From Eledone cirrhosa (taxonomy: Eukaryota): a DNA stretch of 64,000 nt. Positions 32,950-46,745 of this stretch are shown here, piece after piece. The position numbers were made by a program, and so were the translations under genes. The notes beneath the pieces were generated by a model that did not search any database, was not told the DNA's origin, and saw only the letters and a list, made by a program, of their open reading frames with translations. The DNA is taken from positions 135,346,001 through 135,410,000 of the forward strand of contig OZ024740.1 of NCBI GenBank assembly GCA_964016885.1. Reading direction: 5' to 3'. Numbering within the stretch: the first letter of the stretch is position 1; the number at the start of each line of letters is the position of its first letter.

Positions 32950-33840
32950 ATAGGAAAAAAGTCTTAATGTTTCAGATGCTAGTCCTTCATCAGAAAATAA
33001 AATGAGAAATTAAAAAAGAAATAGAAAGATACTGGAGATTGTGGAGTGGTAAAAACGAAATGAAATTTCTTTGAGTAAAAACAGGTCTCTGGAAAACTTG
33101 CATCAGGCATTGGAGTAGAAGAAAATCAGCTGGTCTTGTTTTAAAAGGCAGTGATCAAAAGCGTCTAACGGAAAAGGAAAAAATTGTTTTGTATATAGAG
33201 CGTGTATGTGTATTTGTTGTTTGTCTGTATGAAGCTATGAGGATATGTGTTTGTATATATATTTAATAGAGTATGTGTGTGTGTTTTGTTGTAATCTGTG
33301 AGGATATGTGTGTATATAAGTTAAAGAGGGCGTGTATGTGTGTATTAGTTGATGGTCTGTACAAGTTGCATGTGTTTTTGATCGTAACAGAGTCTGAGGA
33401 ACCTTGGGGGTGAATGTGCATGGGCATGTGTGACAGTGAATGAGGCAGGGGCATGTGTGACAGAGGTGACAGTGGCTAAGGGTATAGAAGTAAGTGTGAG
33501 CGTATGTGTGCAAGATTAAAGGAATTGCGGAGGGGAATTGAGTCCATTAGGGAAACTGGACCCAGTGTGAAAAATCAGACTTTGCTCAGTCTTGGTGCAC
33601 GAGGCCAGTGATCCATGATATAAAAGGACACCATGGACTGAGACATGTAGGTAGTATTTCCTGTTTTAACCTTTGTTCTAGATTGAATATGGCATCGACA
33701 ATATGGAATAAGATGTCAAGACTGTTAGGTTTACCCTTAGGGGTCAATTGCTTGGTCCTAAGGTTGCTGGATTTAAGAGATCCAACCTATATTTAGAATT
33801 TGATTTAGAGCTGGTAAAATGAATTTCACCAATAGTGTGA
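32950..33840 (-). mobile_element. Penelope-like retroelement remnant (endonuclease C-terminus plus hammerhead-like terminus)
   Basis: Minus strand encodes HVSVHGVLLYHGSLASCTKTEQSLIFHTGSSFPNGLN, like the PLE GIY-YIG C-terminal E..LI..L.T..P.GLN motif; CTGATGAAGGACTAGCATCTGAAACATTAAGAC at 32961-32993. Confidence 0.6.
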
Positions 33841-35784
33841 GGTTTTCCACATTTTGGCAATTTTGGATGATGTATCTAGTTGTCTACTTTGTTTTACAAT
33901 CAACTCATTAATTGTAGATAACTTTTAAATTTTGTTTTTCAAATCCTGAAAGTAACCTACATTTTTTTTCTGCTTTATTATTTTGTCTTCTGCTTTGGTT
34001 TTAAGTAATCAATCATTCTTAAAGGTTTGATTAGTTAGTTTGAGAAAGAGTTTTCACATAATAAATACAATGCTTACTACTCTCTATTAATCACTGGAAT
34101 AATTCCATATTTCCAATATTTACACGAGTAATGACACTTTCCTACTTTAAAATTATTGGAAAATCATTAGAATATATGGTAAACTAAATTAGTGAGTAAT
34201 GAATTATTTAAGTCTGAGATAAGCTAAAAGTAAATCTTTCTCAAGAAGATTAAAATGATTGACCAGTGACTATTTGTATTATAATAGCTAGCATAAACCT
34301 CATTGTAAAGTTAATACTGTAATTGGTGGACCATAAGAATCATCATGGAGAAAATGAAAGATTTTTTAATTGAACATGTCAGCTCATTAATGCTTTCATT
34401 ATCAAATTCCTTCACACTTTCTTCTAGCCTGATGAATATATAGTCTTTAATTATTCTAATCACGTCTTCGAATTCCATGTTGATAATTAATAATATTAAT
34501 CATGATAAAGTCATTGAATTATTCATTTGTCGGTGCTAACATCATTAATGATAGACCAGCATTTAAAAAACCCAACTTGATGAAATAAATGATGAAATAA
34601 ATTGAGGAATATGTTTTTTTTTGTTTTTTTTAAATACTGATTTAAATATAAATAATTGATTACTTGAAATAACTAAATTAATTATGGGTAGACTTTATGA
34701 TTCAACATAGAGAAATTGAAAGATTTTTTTTTTCATTTTGATTTCTTGAAAATTGCCAAACGTTCTAGAAAACGAATAAAAGATCATAATTTCATTATTG
34801 ACTTAGTTATACATTTAATCTTTACTGACATTTTACTATACAGGATATCTCCTGCTGGTATTGGTTAATTCAATAATCTAACTTATGTAATCATGTTGCT
34901 GTTGAAAAATAGCCCATTTCTTATACAGGCCTTTATCTAAATGGGACTGCTTCATTTCATCACAACTATCACTTATTATTTTTAATGGAAATTCAATGAC
35001 ATTATCATGATTGATTTTATTCATTATCAACATGAAATTCAAAGGCATGATTGACTTTTGATATCTTGTAATGATTTAACAAAGATTATTTAAAAACTGG
35101 TTTCTTAATTCATATGTTTATAGTATCTTTACTAGTGGACAGATCATTGTAAAAATTTATAGTATTAGAGTAAAGACTTTAATTTCCAATGTGATGCAGT
35201 CGTACTGCTGTTTCATACTTTTCAGGAATGACTTGCTAGCAATGTTCCCACTAAGCTGAATGACTGCAGAGTTACTGTAAAGGTGCCATATACATCAAAA
35301 TGTTGCTGCTCAGCAGCTTTGAATTAAAATAATTTTGCTCAAAGCATTTGATCAGTGGTTGGGAAAAATTAGACCAAATGTTGCATGCTTATGTGGTTTC
35401 ATGCAGCCCAGAATGTTAAGAGTTAAAATAATTAAGTAGTATACATTTATTGAACTATAAAATAAAAAATTAAAGTATTCAATAATTAAAGCATAAATGA
35501 GATGACATATTCATCCAGTTGAAACATTTTTCTCTTTCTGCGTTGGTTCTTAAGGTCTGTCAATTATGGTATTAACTTAACAATGAAGTTTATGCTTCTT
35601 TTTCTTCTTTTTCTTCCTTTTCATCTTCTTCCTCTCTTCCTTTTTCTTTTTCTTCTCCTTTTTCTGCTTCTCCTTCTTCTCTTTCTCCTTCTACAATGTC
35701 TTTCTCTAAAAATATAGTTACAAAAGGGCTAACATAATTCTCAGGGAGACTCAGCATTATGCAGTGTTTGACAAGGCTGACCCT

Positions 35785-36026
35785 TTGACCCTTTCATTAC
35801 CATATTTCTAATGAAATACACTGCCTATAATTTTCAAACTATTGTGAAAATAATCAAGAATTTGGAGGTAATTAAAAATACAACTTTTTCATGATTAAGC
35901 TGGTGTTTGGAACACAAAGGTTCCTACATAAAATTATGATGGAAGGTTTTTAGATAATTATAAACACTTTAAAGCAGACAGTTTTGTATCACAGAACCAA
36001 GGATAATTTGGTATCAAAAGGATTAA
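35785..36026 (+). mobile_element. piggyBac-type MITE, family B
   Basis: TTGA|CCCTTTCATTACCATATTTCT...GGTATCAAAAGGA|TTAA; reverse-complement match to 60059-60305. Confidence 0.75.
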
Positions 36027-37754
36027 ATTACTGGTGCAGGCCATAAAATAGGTGAAACACAAATCCTTCTCTGAGTATTGTGCTGATTGATGTAAGGTAT
36101 ATTTTGTCTAGGTAATCAGGTATCTATTTGTGATAGCTCAGTGAACTAAGGTACATATCATACTATATTCCTATTATTATTGTACTTTTTCTGTTGTATT
36201 TTCCATCTTCACTCTTAATTTTTTTTCCACTTGCCCATCTTTTCTTAGATGTTCTGAACATCACTCTTCATTTGACTAAATATACATATTTGCATTGTAT
36301 TCTCTCCAAGAAATTAATTCAAAGTGATGAGTGTTTGTGTGTTGTTTGATCTCTACATATGTACATGTCGTCATCATTATCTCATCACTTAACGTCCATT
36401 TTTCCATGCTAGATGATGACGTGTGTGTGTATATACTTTTATATTCATATGCATGGTAATTAACTCATTCTCTCCTTATATATGTATGTCTATATGTACA
36501 CAAACTCATAGAGTGGAAGACAAATGTCAGTTGTAGATATAACGTAATATTCTGAGTAATTGAATCAATGGTGAGAAGCTAATCTGACAAAACCACATCA
36601 AGTAAGTAGTCTGGCAGTTGACATCCTGGTAGTAGGTTGGTTGGCTGTGTTAGAAGCACTTAATTCAAGTTGAAGAGAGATCTTCACTTTCAAACTTTCA
36701 GTTGTGGTGCCACAACCAACTTTTGAACTTTAAGAAGTTAAAAATAAAAGAAAATTATATTGTCATGGTCATAAAGAGTGTTGTCTTGGAGCCACAATAA
36801 TTACAATAGTGACTTCTCTTCAAAATGTGTATTGAAAATTAATTAAGGAATGGGAATTTATAGGTCAAAAGCCTCAAGAAGAAAGAACGCCCAGAATCAG
36901 AATTTTGACTCTTTAAAATGGCTTCATGGCTTACACTATGGCTAGTGACTGATCCAAATATAAATCAAAATTAATTGGTGGTAAACTGGAAAATACTGTA
37001 TTTATTGGCATATAAGACATATTTTTAACACTAATTTTTATATGCATCATCATAATATTAAGATGGCTTCTGTAAATATTGCTTTGAAAATCATATTCTC
37101 TGGAGCTTGTTCTTTTGTATTATTGTTTATATCAGAAAAATAATTTACTTTAGATTTTTTTAAGAAATAACTATTTTCTAAAATATTATTGTAAAGCTTT
37201 GGTGGATTGGCAAAACTTTACTGCCTAAGGCAAAATGATTTGCAATATATGTTCTGGATCTTTACATTCTCATTTTAAATTCTACCAAGGTCAACTTTAC
37301 TTTTCATTCTTTCAGGGTCAATAAAAGAATTGTATCAGTCAAGTACTAGTGTCAATTTAATTGACTTTTGTCTTTTTCTGAAATTGCTGAGAAACTATTA
37401 ATAGTAATGAAAATGTTTCTAGATTTTTAAAATAGTAATTTTTTTCTTTATACTACTTTTAAATCTTGAGTGAAAGTGTATGGTCTAGTTATTAAGATGT
37501 TGGACTCAAGATCATAAGGCTGTAGGTTCAATTCTTAGACTAAGCAACACATTGTGTCCTTCAGCAATATGCTTCATTTCATGTTGTTCCAGGTTGTTCA
37601 ACAGAAAAAAAATGAATTCCTGCAGCAATTGGGGGTTAAAACTGACCTGGTAATAAGTAATTTAAAGTGTCATATATATTTGATCTTAGGAATTTTCCCT
37701 AGATGCATTGAATTTGTCATAGTGTCTTGTTTCAATAAGCTTCATGCTCTAAAA

Positions 37755-39455
37755 CACAGGTTCTCAACCCATTTAGGTCAAACACTCCCTTTTGTCCCTC
37801 GAAATCACGAAACGCCCCCCCTACCCTATTTTTCCATTTTTCAATATACTACTGATTTTGCTATCTGTAGATTACTAAAAAATTGATTAACAATATTCCA
37901 AAGATACCATTGCAGGCAGCTGAGAGTATAAATACATTCCTTGAAAGGAAATATATAAATTTCAAAAAAAGGAACATAAATGTTCTTTTTTATGAATAAG
38001 GACCAGTTGAATTTGTTATATTCCCACCAGGCGATACCAACTATTTTGAACATTTATACAAGAGCAACTCTGTCTATCCAAAGAGTGGTCTTATCTGGAA
38101 GAATTTCCAATTTTCCCTTTAATGAAACAGACAGAATAAATGTTGATATCTAACTTGATGTCCCCTCTGCTTTGTGAGCTTAGAGACCACGGAAGAGGGT
38201 TTTCATGACCATGCGGGAGGGTATATTTATTAGTAAATGGTAAAATATATACAACAAATGAGTAAGTGAATTGTAGTAGATGGTTTCCAGTCCAGTCAGA
38301 CTGCAACTACAAATAAAAAAAATTGTTAGTTTGCTTTGTAACAATAGCATATCTAAGTTTTCGGATAAATCAACTTACTTTAACTGTGACCTCATTTCAA
38401 TGGGACCCTTGAACTTTATGGAGTTTAGCTAACTCTTTGACGTCAGGCTGGATTTTTCGTAAGATGTAGCCAGAGATCTCCACATGTAATTACATTGTAG
38501 CGGTTGCGAGCCTTACTGTGCAGTCTGGAAACAGCACCAAACCTCCTCTTGACTAAGTATAAGCTTGGAAAAGGCAGAGCAAATCTCTTAGCCTCTGCAT
38601 GTAGGTGTGGAAATCGATGCTGAATTTCCTCTTGCATCCAAAAAAGGGGTTCACCTATTTTGGGAAATCTAATTTTGATCATGTCATCTGCTTGAAGTTC
38701 AATGAATTCTTCCTGAAATATAACGTCCAAATCATTGACGTTAGCTGTGAAGGGATCTGCTACCCACATTGGGATGTCCATCGGCAAAAGGTCGACAAAC
38801 CGTTCTCTCATGTTGTCTTGTAGCGCACGGAGGTGAGCGGTATAAATTTGGAGTTGGTCATCGCTTACAATGTTTTGAACATTGGCGACACTAGGAAAAT
38901 TATAGAATTCCCGTCAACAAAGATTCCTTTCGATGACATTCAATTTGGCCAGGAATGTTTTCACAGCATTCCTTGCTTTAAGCAAGGTGATCTTCCCCTG
39001 CAAAGCCAAAATGACGCTATTGCATTTGTCGACGATGTCGGTGAGGTAGGCGCAGTTTTGCCTCACATCGAGGGTTTTCTTGTACAGTTCTGTGTTGCGT
39101 CCTTGCAGAAACTCAATGATAGTCAAACAGTTCAAAGAAGTGAGTAAGGCACTTGCCCTTTGAAAGCCACCTCACTTCATTATGAAGGAGCAACTTGACA
39201 AATTCTTCATCTTTATCTTGGCACAGTTGCCGGAAAATTCGTTCATTGAGGGAATGCCGTTTGATAAAATTGATGACATCAAAGGCCACCTGCAAGGACT
39301 TGCTCAGTGGCTTGCTGAGTTTCTTCACAGCCAAGTGTTGTTGATGAATGACACAATAAACAACAAATACAGATAGATTTTCTCTCTTCAGAAGAGTGAC
39401 GAAACCCTTATGTTGGCCGACCATTGCTCTAGCGTCGTCCGTAGCACATGATACA
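37755..39455 (-). mobile_element. 5'-truncated hAT transposon of the Charlie/Buster (SCAND3/ZBED8-like) group, pseudogenised transposase 38397-39455
   Basis: Motifs CATDDARAMVGQHKG, CVIHQQHL, LLLHNEVRWLSKG, FPSLYLVKRRF and terminal KVQGSH* (stop 38397-38399), with frameshifts; TIR-like CACAGGTTCTCAACC at 37755 is preceded by a Charlie-type target CTCTAAAA. Confidence 0.9.
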
Positions 39456-39746
39456 ATATGTGTTGTATTTGGTCCTAGATGTATGTATTACCTGCCTGTG
39501 TGTTGTAGGTAGTCCTAGATGTATGTATTACCTGATTATGTATTGCATGTGGTCCTAGATGTATGTATTACCTGAATATGTGTTGTATGTGGTCCTAGAT
39601 GTTTGTATTACCTGATTATGTGTTGTATGTGTGTGCTACCTCCTTATGTGTTGCATGTAGACCTAGATGTGTGTATTACCTGCTTATGTGTTGTATGTGG
39701 TCCTAGATGTGTGTATTATCTGATTATGTGTTGTGTGTGGTCCTAG
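39456..39746. repeat. 40-bp tandem minisatellite, ~7 units
   Basis: Unit ~TTATGTGTTGTATGTGGTCCTAGATGTATGTATTACCTGA; one unit is shortened. Confidence 0.92.
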
Positions 39747-40155
39747 CATTTTATCCGATACTCTACCAATTCTGCCAATCCACAACCCTTAGGATTTAAG
39801 ACAGTAGAGTGTTACCCATCAAATGTTGGGTAATTTTAGGAGTATATTTTTGCCACTGGGTAACATCTAATAATGTTACATAAATATAATAATTATAATT
39901 AAAATTTTTTCAAATATCATGGGACTTAAAATAAGAATAAATAAAACAAATAAATAAATAATGATATAATTCATTATGGCTGCATTTCACTAAAACAATT
40001 CATAACATCACTGTTATTCTAAGACTACAAATCTAGTATTAAAGAATTCAACGATTTAAAAAAAAAAAAAGAAATTGAGAAATAGAATATATATTTTCCT
40101 ATATGTATGTTAATGCTATTTCATACAAATTTCTCTGTGTATGTCAGTTTGTTAT

Positions 40156-40511
40156 TTAATCCTTTCATGACCATAATTTTTTATGTATTTTAATTAAGTA
40201 ATAAAGAATTTGGAGGCATTTACGAAAGTTATTATTTCATGAGTTCAAATCCCGCCGAGGTTGACTTTGCCTTTCATCCTTACAGGGTCGATAAAATAAA
40301 GTACCAGTAATGCACTGGGTAATTGCTGGCCTTGTGCCTAAAGTAGAAACAATTATTTCATTATTAAGGTGGTATTTGTAACATAACTTCACAAAAGGTT
40401 CTTATATCAAATAATGTTAGATTTTATTTTAAAGAAGAATCCTTTAAAATGGTTGGTTTTGTTTCATAGAACTAAAGGCAGTTTTGGGCAGACAGGTGTC
40501 AAAAGGATTAA
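40156..40511 (+). mobile_element. piggyBac-type MITE family B interrupted by a 5'-truncated young SINE (40241-40351)
   Basis: TTAA|TCCTTTCATGACC...GTCAAAAGGA|TTAA; the SINE is flanked by a 10-bp TSD ATTATTTCAT (40231-40240, 40352-40361). Confidence 0.78.
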
Positions 40512-41004
40512 TTCAGTGGGAATATTTTTAACATTCCAAGAGATTGCACAGTGAAAATTACATTAATAGTTTCTTTAATGAATTATATAAATTAAATATT
40601 TGATTAAGAAAGGGGTTGATCCTTAAATTGAACCAAGAAACCTATATTACTGTTGATATTTTTTTCTGTTGCTGATACTATCGGCTGGTTGCACCTCCTG
40701 GCAGAGATGACACTGCTTTTTTTAGTGATTGGAGGTGAAATTTGAACATAGGTCACACAGAGCTGGAACAGACACCCCAAAGAATCCCATTCACTGCTGT
40801 AACAATTCTGCCAATCCACTATCTTTGAACTGGTACTTTATTTATTGAGTCCCTGGAAGAGTGAAAAGCAAAGTTGACTTCACTGACAGTTGAACTCAGA
40901 ATACAGAGAACCAGGACAAATGCTACACATCATGATTCTGCCAATTTGCTGTTCATACTAAACTGATTTAGCTTCTTCCATCTTCCCTTGCTGTATCTCT
41001 TCTG

Positions 41005-41290
41005 AATTTTATGAACACATTCTCCAGCGACAACCTGGTGCAGTCTGCGACTAACCCAGGTTCTGTTACAGTTTGGGCTGAGGAGAGTAAACTCTCCAAA
41101 TATCGGTCACTCTCTGACAGGTTTGTGGTCGAGCCTGTGGCAATGGAAACTTCTGGTGTCCTTGGCCCTAGGGCCATCTCCCTGCTCACCTCCATCGACA
41201 TAGAGTTGGTGAGCCATGCGAGCTGGAATAGCTGTTCCAGCGTGCCTCCCTCACCATCCTCCAGGGAAATGCCTTCTCTATTCTGTCTGC
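41005..41290 (+). mobile_element. CRE-like non-LTR retrotransposon C-terminal (restriction-like endonuclease) fragment
   Basis: NTFSSDNLVQSA..PGSVTVWAEESKLSKYRSLSDRFVVEPVAMETSGVLGPRA matches the DT.A....AAE..K..KY....F.P.A.ET.G.WG pattern. Confidence 0.7.
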
Positions 41291-42444
41291 CGGGGCCACA
41301 GGGCGGCCAGCTTGTGGACCCCCATTTGCTCACAATAGTGAGAGATGGAGAGAGCGGCAGAGATGGAGGCTGTGACAGTGGGAGTTTGTGTTCAGACTGT
41401 AAATGAGGTTGGTGTTAGGAAGGGCATCCAGCTGTAGAAATCAAGCCAGAATCATTTCCCGTCCCACCCTTGCAAGCAGGGAAAAGCGGACGTAAAATGA
41501 TGATGATGATGATAAGAGAGAATGATAACTCTAATTAAACAAACACCGCAAAAAACCCTTTTATAAACTTATTCAAAAGGAAAAACATTCCCCACAACTC
41601 ATGTATACTTTGTGAATCAAAATAATTAAGCTGAATGATTAACTAGATATATAACAAACATAGTTTAAAATTGTAGTTTGCTTTAGCTCAGGTAGATCCT
41701 GCAGCTAAATGTCCACATGCTCACAAACATCTGGACACATTAGCAACAATCCAAAACACTACTATAACACATCCTCACATTTTTATTTCTCCCCTTTAAT
41801 CCAGAAAACATCTTTATATATCAAAATATCTGTATCAATTGCTTCACTGAACCATATAACATATCTTTCTGAATTGAGGTGGAATACTGATGTTGGGGTT
41901 CCCTTTGTTATGTGTCTTACATAAAAATAGATTGCGTATCAAAACAGAAGCATATAGCATGACTAATACGCTGCATTATAGTGAGTACAGTGTTTTCTTC
42001 TAAGACCAATGTAAAAAAATTTTTCATTCTCAGGGTTTTGTGTTTGGTATGGGAGGTGATTTTTCCTAAGTGTGTTTAATCAGCTAATCTTCATGTCATA
42101 GGTCAGTTCAAACAGGTTTGATTATAACTTATCAGCAACAAAAACATACAAATTCAAACATCTTCACAGACATGCATACATGCAAATTTTTACACAAACA
42201 TATAATCTATGTATATATATGTATAAATGAGAAAACTCATCTCTAGAACAGCCATTATAACAGCTAAATACTGTCAAAGACAGCAATGGGCAAAAATGCC
42301 TTAGATAACAGAGACCAGCAGTTAACAGAGAAACTATTCACGAGGTGGGTGACAAACGATGAGTTTTCTCATTTTTATATGTATTCAAATACACTCTTAC
42401 TTCGTCTCGATCAGAGATAACATTGTTTTTCATTATATATATAT

Positions 42445-42627
42445 GTGGTGAATTGGCAGTATCAGTAGAGGGTCGGACGCCATGCTTTCCAGCATAGTTA
42501 CGTCCTTTTACAGTCTGAGTTCAAATCCCGTCAAGGTTAACTTTGCTTTCATCCTTACCGGGTCGATAAAATAAAGTACCAGTAATGAACTGGGTAATTG
42601 CTGGCCTTGTGCCAAAAGTAGAAACAA

Positions 42628-42632
<5 letters not shown>
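42445..42632 (+). mobile_element. Young tRNA-derived SINE, near full length
   Basis: A-box-like TGGCAGTATCAGTAG, B-box GAGTTCAAATCC, body CTTTCATCCTTAC.GGGTCGATAAAATAAAGTACCAG, tail AGAAACAATTATT; very similar to 52916-53104. Confidence 0.88.
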
Positions 42633-42672
<40 letters not shown>

Positions 42673-44629
42673 TTTTATTATAGAAATGACTTCTACAGGA
42701 TTAGAACTGTTTCATTCGTAAGAAATCATCATCGTTTGACGGCCATTTTCCACACTTGCATGGGTTAGGCAGGTTGTCACATTATGAGACAAGTTGAGTC
42801 TAGAGACCATGTCTTGCTCATATAGATCTATACTTTGGCTTGGTTTCTATGACTGGATGCCCTTCTTCACACCAACCATGTTACAGTGTGGACTGAGCAC
42901 TTTTTGTCATAACACCAGCATGACCAACATTACAGGGTGTACTGTAGAAATATATCATGGGTAAGGGGTAATAGGTAGGCAGGACGACTAGTATAATGTT
43001 ATGAGTGCATGGCATGTATCTTGAGGGGAAGGGATGAGAAAGTATGTCATGGCTCTATGATAGATGTGGTGGAAGTTGACAATGTAATAAGATGACAATG
43101 AAGGGTAATCTTGCCTGGGGAGGAGGAGTACAGTGATGATGCAAACAGCTTCTAAAGACTTATGACTAGTGCTTTAAGATTTAAGCAGGGTTAGTGCTTG
43201 GACTGGGTAGAGTGATGGTGGGATGTATAGTAATGGTGAGAAAAGTTACTATGGGCTGCGAGGAGGCAGACACATGGATGAGTTAAGTCCCATTTTATGC
43301 TGGTAGGTGGGTCTTCTCCAGTACAGCATTTCATCATTTTAAGTCTGGATATAAAATGGTCATACATACATACGTGCAAACTTCTATAAATACATATAAA
43401 CTTTTCATACATACACACAAAAAATTCTCCATTTTAATTACAAAGAATTATATACTGAAACAAAAAGGAATTCATTAAATGTAGCTTTTGTGTAGGTTTT
43501 GAAAAGTTCTGCATTTGTTTTTTTTTCATTGCTTTGTATTTTTGTTTGTAATCTCAACAACAACATCAGTCTAATGTTTGTATCTTTGTTGGCCATAAAC
43601 TTGATTTAAAAAAGAAAATAACATTCTTTTAACTCAGAAGCATTATTTTCTATTAGAAAAAAAAACAAAGCAATTTTTGTTGATATTTTTTTGTTTTTGT
43701 TTTCGATTAACAGATTCAAATATTTGTTTATTTACTATAACTGCTTCAAATTGATTTTTTTTGGCAGAGGACCAATTGTTCAAGAGTGTATTTTTCAATT
43801 AAATTAACCTCTGCATTTTGCTGGTACCTTTTTAACAATATCAAAGAGATGATAGTTAACTCTGAATGAAATCACATTAGCAAGATATTCTCAAAATGTA
43901 CAAAACAACACTATGACTGTATCACATTAAAAATTAAAGTCTTTACTCCAGTACTGCAATTTTTTTCAATGATCTATCTTCAAATAAATATACTATAAAC
44001 ATTTGAATTAACAAACCAGGTTTTATATATTTTCTGTTAAATCTCTAGAATGTTAGTTAAAGTCAAATATGGTAGGATTTAAAATATTTTAGTCCAAATC
44101 TCTACTGTCTCAACTGCCTACATCACCCTTAACTCTAATATTTAATGTATTAGTAGGTTAGTCAGTAAAACATTAACTTAAACAGAAAGTGATTTCGTGA
44201 AGAAACATGGTTCTGAGTAAGACATGTTATTCTGACTGTCTCGCTGTCTCTTTTATTATTTCAAAGATTAATGCTTTTCCACTTACACTTAAATATCAAC
44301 AATGAGTCAATGGGGGTCAGTATTGGACACTTCATTAGCCTGAAGAATGTTTTGTTAGCTGTACTGGACTCTAATCTGCTAGTCACACTTGTGTATTGGG
44401 TTGTTGGTCAAATGTTTCTATCTATCACTACTGTTGCACTGTGAATAAGTAACATGCAGAGATACAATACAGTGCTGTGTATTCCTAATAATTTTTGAAA
44501 AATCGTGAACATCATCTCATCCTATTTCTAACTCTATCCCTTTTTGTGGGGGTTTGGTCTGAAGTAAGGGGCTGTGCACATGGCCCCTGCACCATCTGTG
44601 AGACTGGTGAGATTGATGTGACCTCACAG

Positions 44630-44900
44630 GAACTATGGACAGAAAGGCATTCCAGAGACTCTTCTGGAAAGGAAGGACTGGGTGAAGGGGTTAATGAAGA
44701 GGTCAGGAGATGTACACAATGTGGGTGACAAAATGATGAGAGAGGAGTGGATCAAGCTGGCTTAGCTAAAAGCTGTACAAGACCAGCCTGCTCTGAGGCG
44801 TAAAGACCATTGTAGTAGAAGTAAATGAGATACACATGAGGAGACTTTGGCCCACATCTCTGATATAGAGGTTATAGTTGGTTGTCGGGTGATTCATACT
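44630..44900 (-). mobile_element. Degraded Jockey/L2-like LINE 3' coding fragment
   Basis: Minus-strand remnants KVSS..LIYFYYNGLYASEQAGLV resemble RRKVASLCLFYRYY.G.CS.EL. Confidence 0.45.
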
Positions 44901-45909
44901 GACCAGTTGGTGGGTATTTCTTTACCTTGTAATCTAAGTTGTTTGTATGTGTAGTAGTAGTAGTCGTAGTACTATCCCAGATATGGAAGCAGTATTCCAT
45001 TATGACTCTCATTTCAGTTTTGTATGAAGTTTGGAGTTAAAGAGGAAATTCAGTTTTTGTGAGTCTTTGCTATGTTGAGAACTTGAGACTGCTAGAAGAG
45101 TTCTAATCATTAAAGTGCTATGTGCCTCGTCAAAAGAAACCAATATATGTAGCATAGCAAAGAATCAATAAGTGTTAGCTAAGGAATGGATAAGGATTAA
45201 ATTAAAAAATACGTTATAGTGAGAATTGCAATGTAATATTTAAACTATAATAAAGTAAGGAATGCAGGACTGTGTACGATTTATTTCTTTTAATCCAGTT
45301 AGTAAAATAAGTTGGATTACTTTGAATAAATAATAAATGAATATTACATAATTTATGTACTAAATCAAATTTAATATAAATAATTTTATTGCTTATTTAA
45401 AATTTACTTCTTTTCAAAATTTCAAATTTCTACACTTCCAGTATATTTCCGCCACCACTACTACTTCAACTACCACATATATAGAAAGAGAGAGTGTGTG
45501 ATGAGAGCAATACAGATAGAGGGATTATGACTTTTTACACGCTGACGCGTATCTATGTATATGTGCACATACATACATCTGTATGTATGAGTATATAACT
45601 ATAATCACGCAAACACAAACTTATAAAAATACACGCTCACGGACATACATTCACACAAATACATATACTTTCACACATATACATTTACACAAACACACAC
45701 ATACAGTCATCAGAGCAGCGTTCGATGAATTGGAAATGGGAGGGTAAAACAAGTATAACGTTTTATTTATTTATTAACTCTTTTTTTTTTAAACTCATTT
45801 AATATAATGCTTACAGAATGAAAACACTAACAAATATAATATATACAAAGGAAAGGGAAAGGAAAAAAAGAAAGAAAAAATACACAAGCATGTAATACAC
45901 ACATCTAAG

Positions 45910-46185
45910 ACCACATAGGCTGGATAATGTTGTTAACTAACAGAACATGGTATTTTAGGATTTTGTTCCGTTCAGCTGCGGATGCTGTAGCTCTCACTCT
46001 TACAGCTGCAGCCAGGATGGGGAAAGAAGCAAGAGCGTCACTAACTGTGATGTCCCAGGTAAGGCACCTGCCTCTTGACCAGGAACACAGAGTAAGACCG
46101 TCAAGTCTTTTCCCATCAATTCTGGACAACCCAGACAGTTCCAAAATTGAGGGGATATTTGCCCAGGCCAAAGCTCTTAAGTGGT
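45910..46185 (-). mobile_element. CRE-like non-LTR retrotransposon restriction-like endonuclease fragment
   Basis: RALAWANIPSILELSGLSRIDGKRLDGLTLCSWSRGRCLTWDITVSDALA...AAERNKILKY (DGKRPDG...WD.TV.D motif). Confidence 0.8.
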
Positions 46186-46349
46186 AATAGGACAGTGTGT
46201 GTATGTGCACACATGTGAGTTTGTCGGCATTCTTAAATTAGAGACACGTGTGTGTGTGTGTGTCACTGTTTTGAAGTTAGACATATGTGTGTATTCCTTT
46301 CACACAAACACGCATACACATTGTGTGATGGATGGGTGGACAGAAATTC

Positions 46350-46745
46350 CTCAAATTTATATACATCTGAATGGAGTTCTACTGAAGCAGTTAGAGAAGT
46401 TCAAGAATCTTGGAGCCGTGTTCATGAGTGATGGAATGCAGGAGGCTGAATTAAGTGCAAGAATTGCAAAAGCTGATGCAGCAATGTGCCAGCCTCAGCA
46501 TTCAGTAATCAGAAGAAGGGAGGTAGGTGTAAAAGCCAAACTCGCTGTCTTCCTGGTATTTCTGCCAACCCTTACCGAGGGTCATGAATCTTGGGTAATG
46601 ACCGAAAGAATACAATTGCTAATACAAACGGCAAAATGGGGTTCCTCAGAAGGGTCTTTGGAGTAATGTTACTCAATAAAGTGCATAGCTCGGAGATCAG
46701 AGAGTCACTCCTGGTAGAGCCGCTACTTCTCCGAATTGAGAGATC
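46350..46745 (+). mobile_element. Expander/Rex3-like RTE fragment
   Basis: LKQLEKFKNLGAVFMSDG..EAELSARIAKA...KAKLAVF...PTLTEGHESWVMTER and (frameshifted) GFLRRV.G..LLNKVHSSEIRESL.VEPLLLRIERS. Confidence 0.8.

Noticed and set aside
37554-37886. FLQQLG peptide as amphiphysin exon 2
   Set aside because: Lies in a CORE-SINE remnant; the surrounding residues do not match LGKADxTxD and no suitable splice structure is present.
39456-39746. CRISPR-like repeat array
   Set aside because: Units are contiguous with no unique spacers, there are no cas genes, and the context is eukaryotic; it is a minisatellite.
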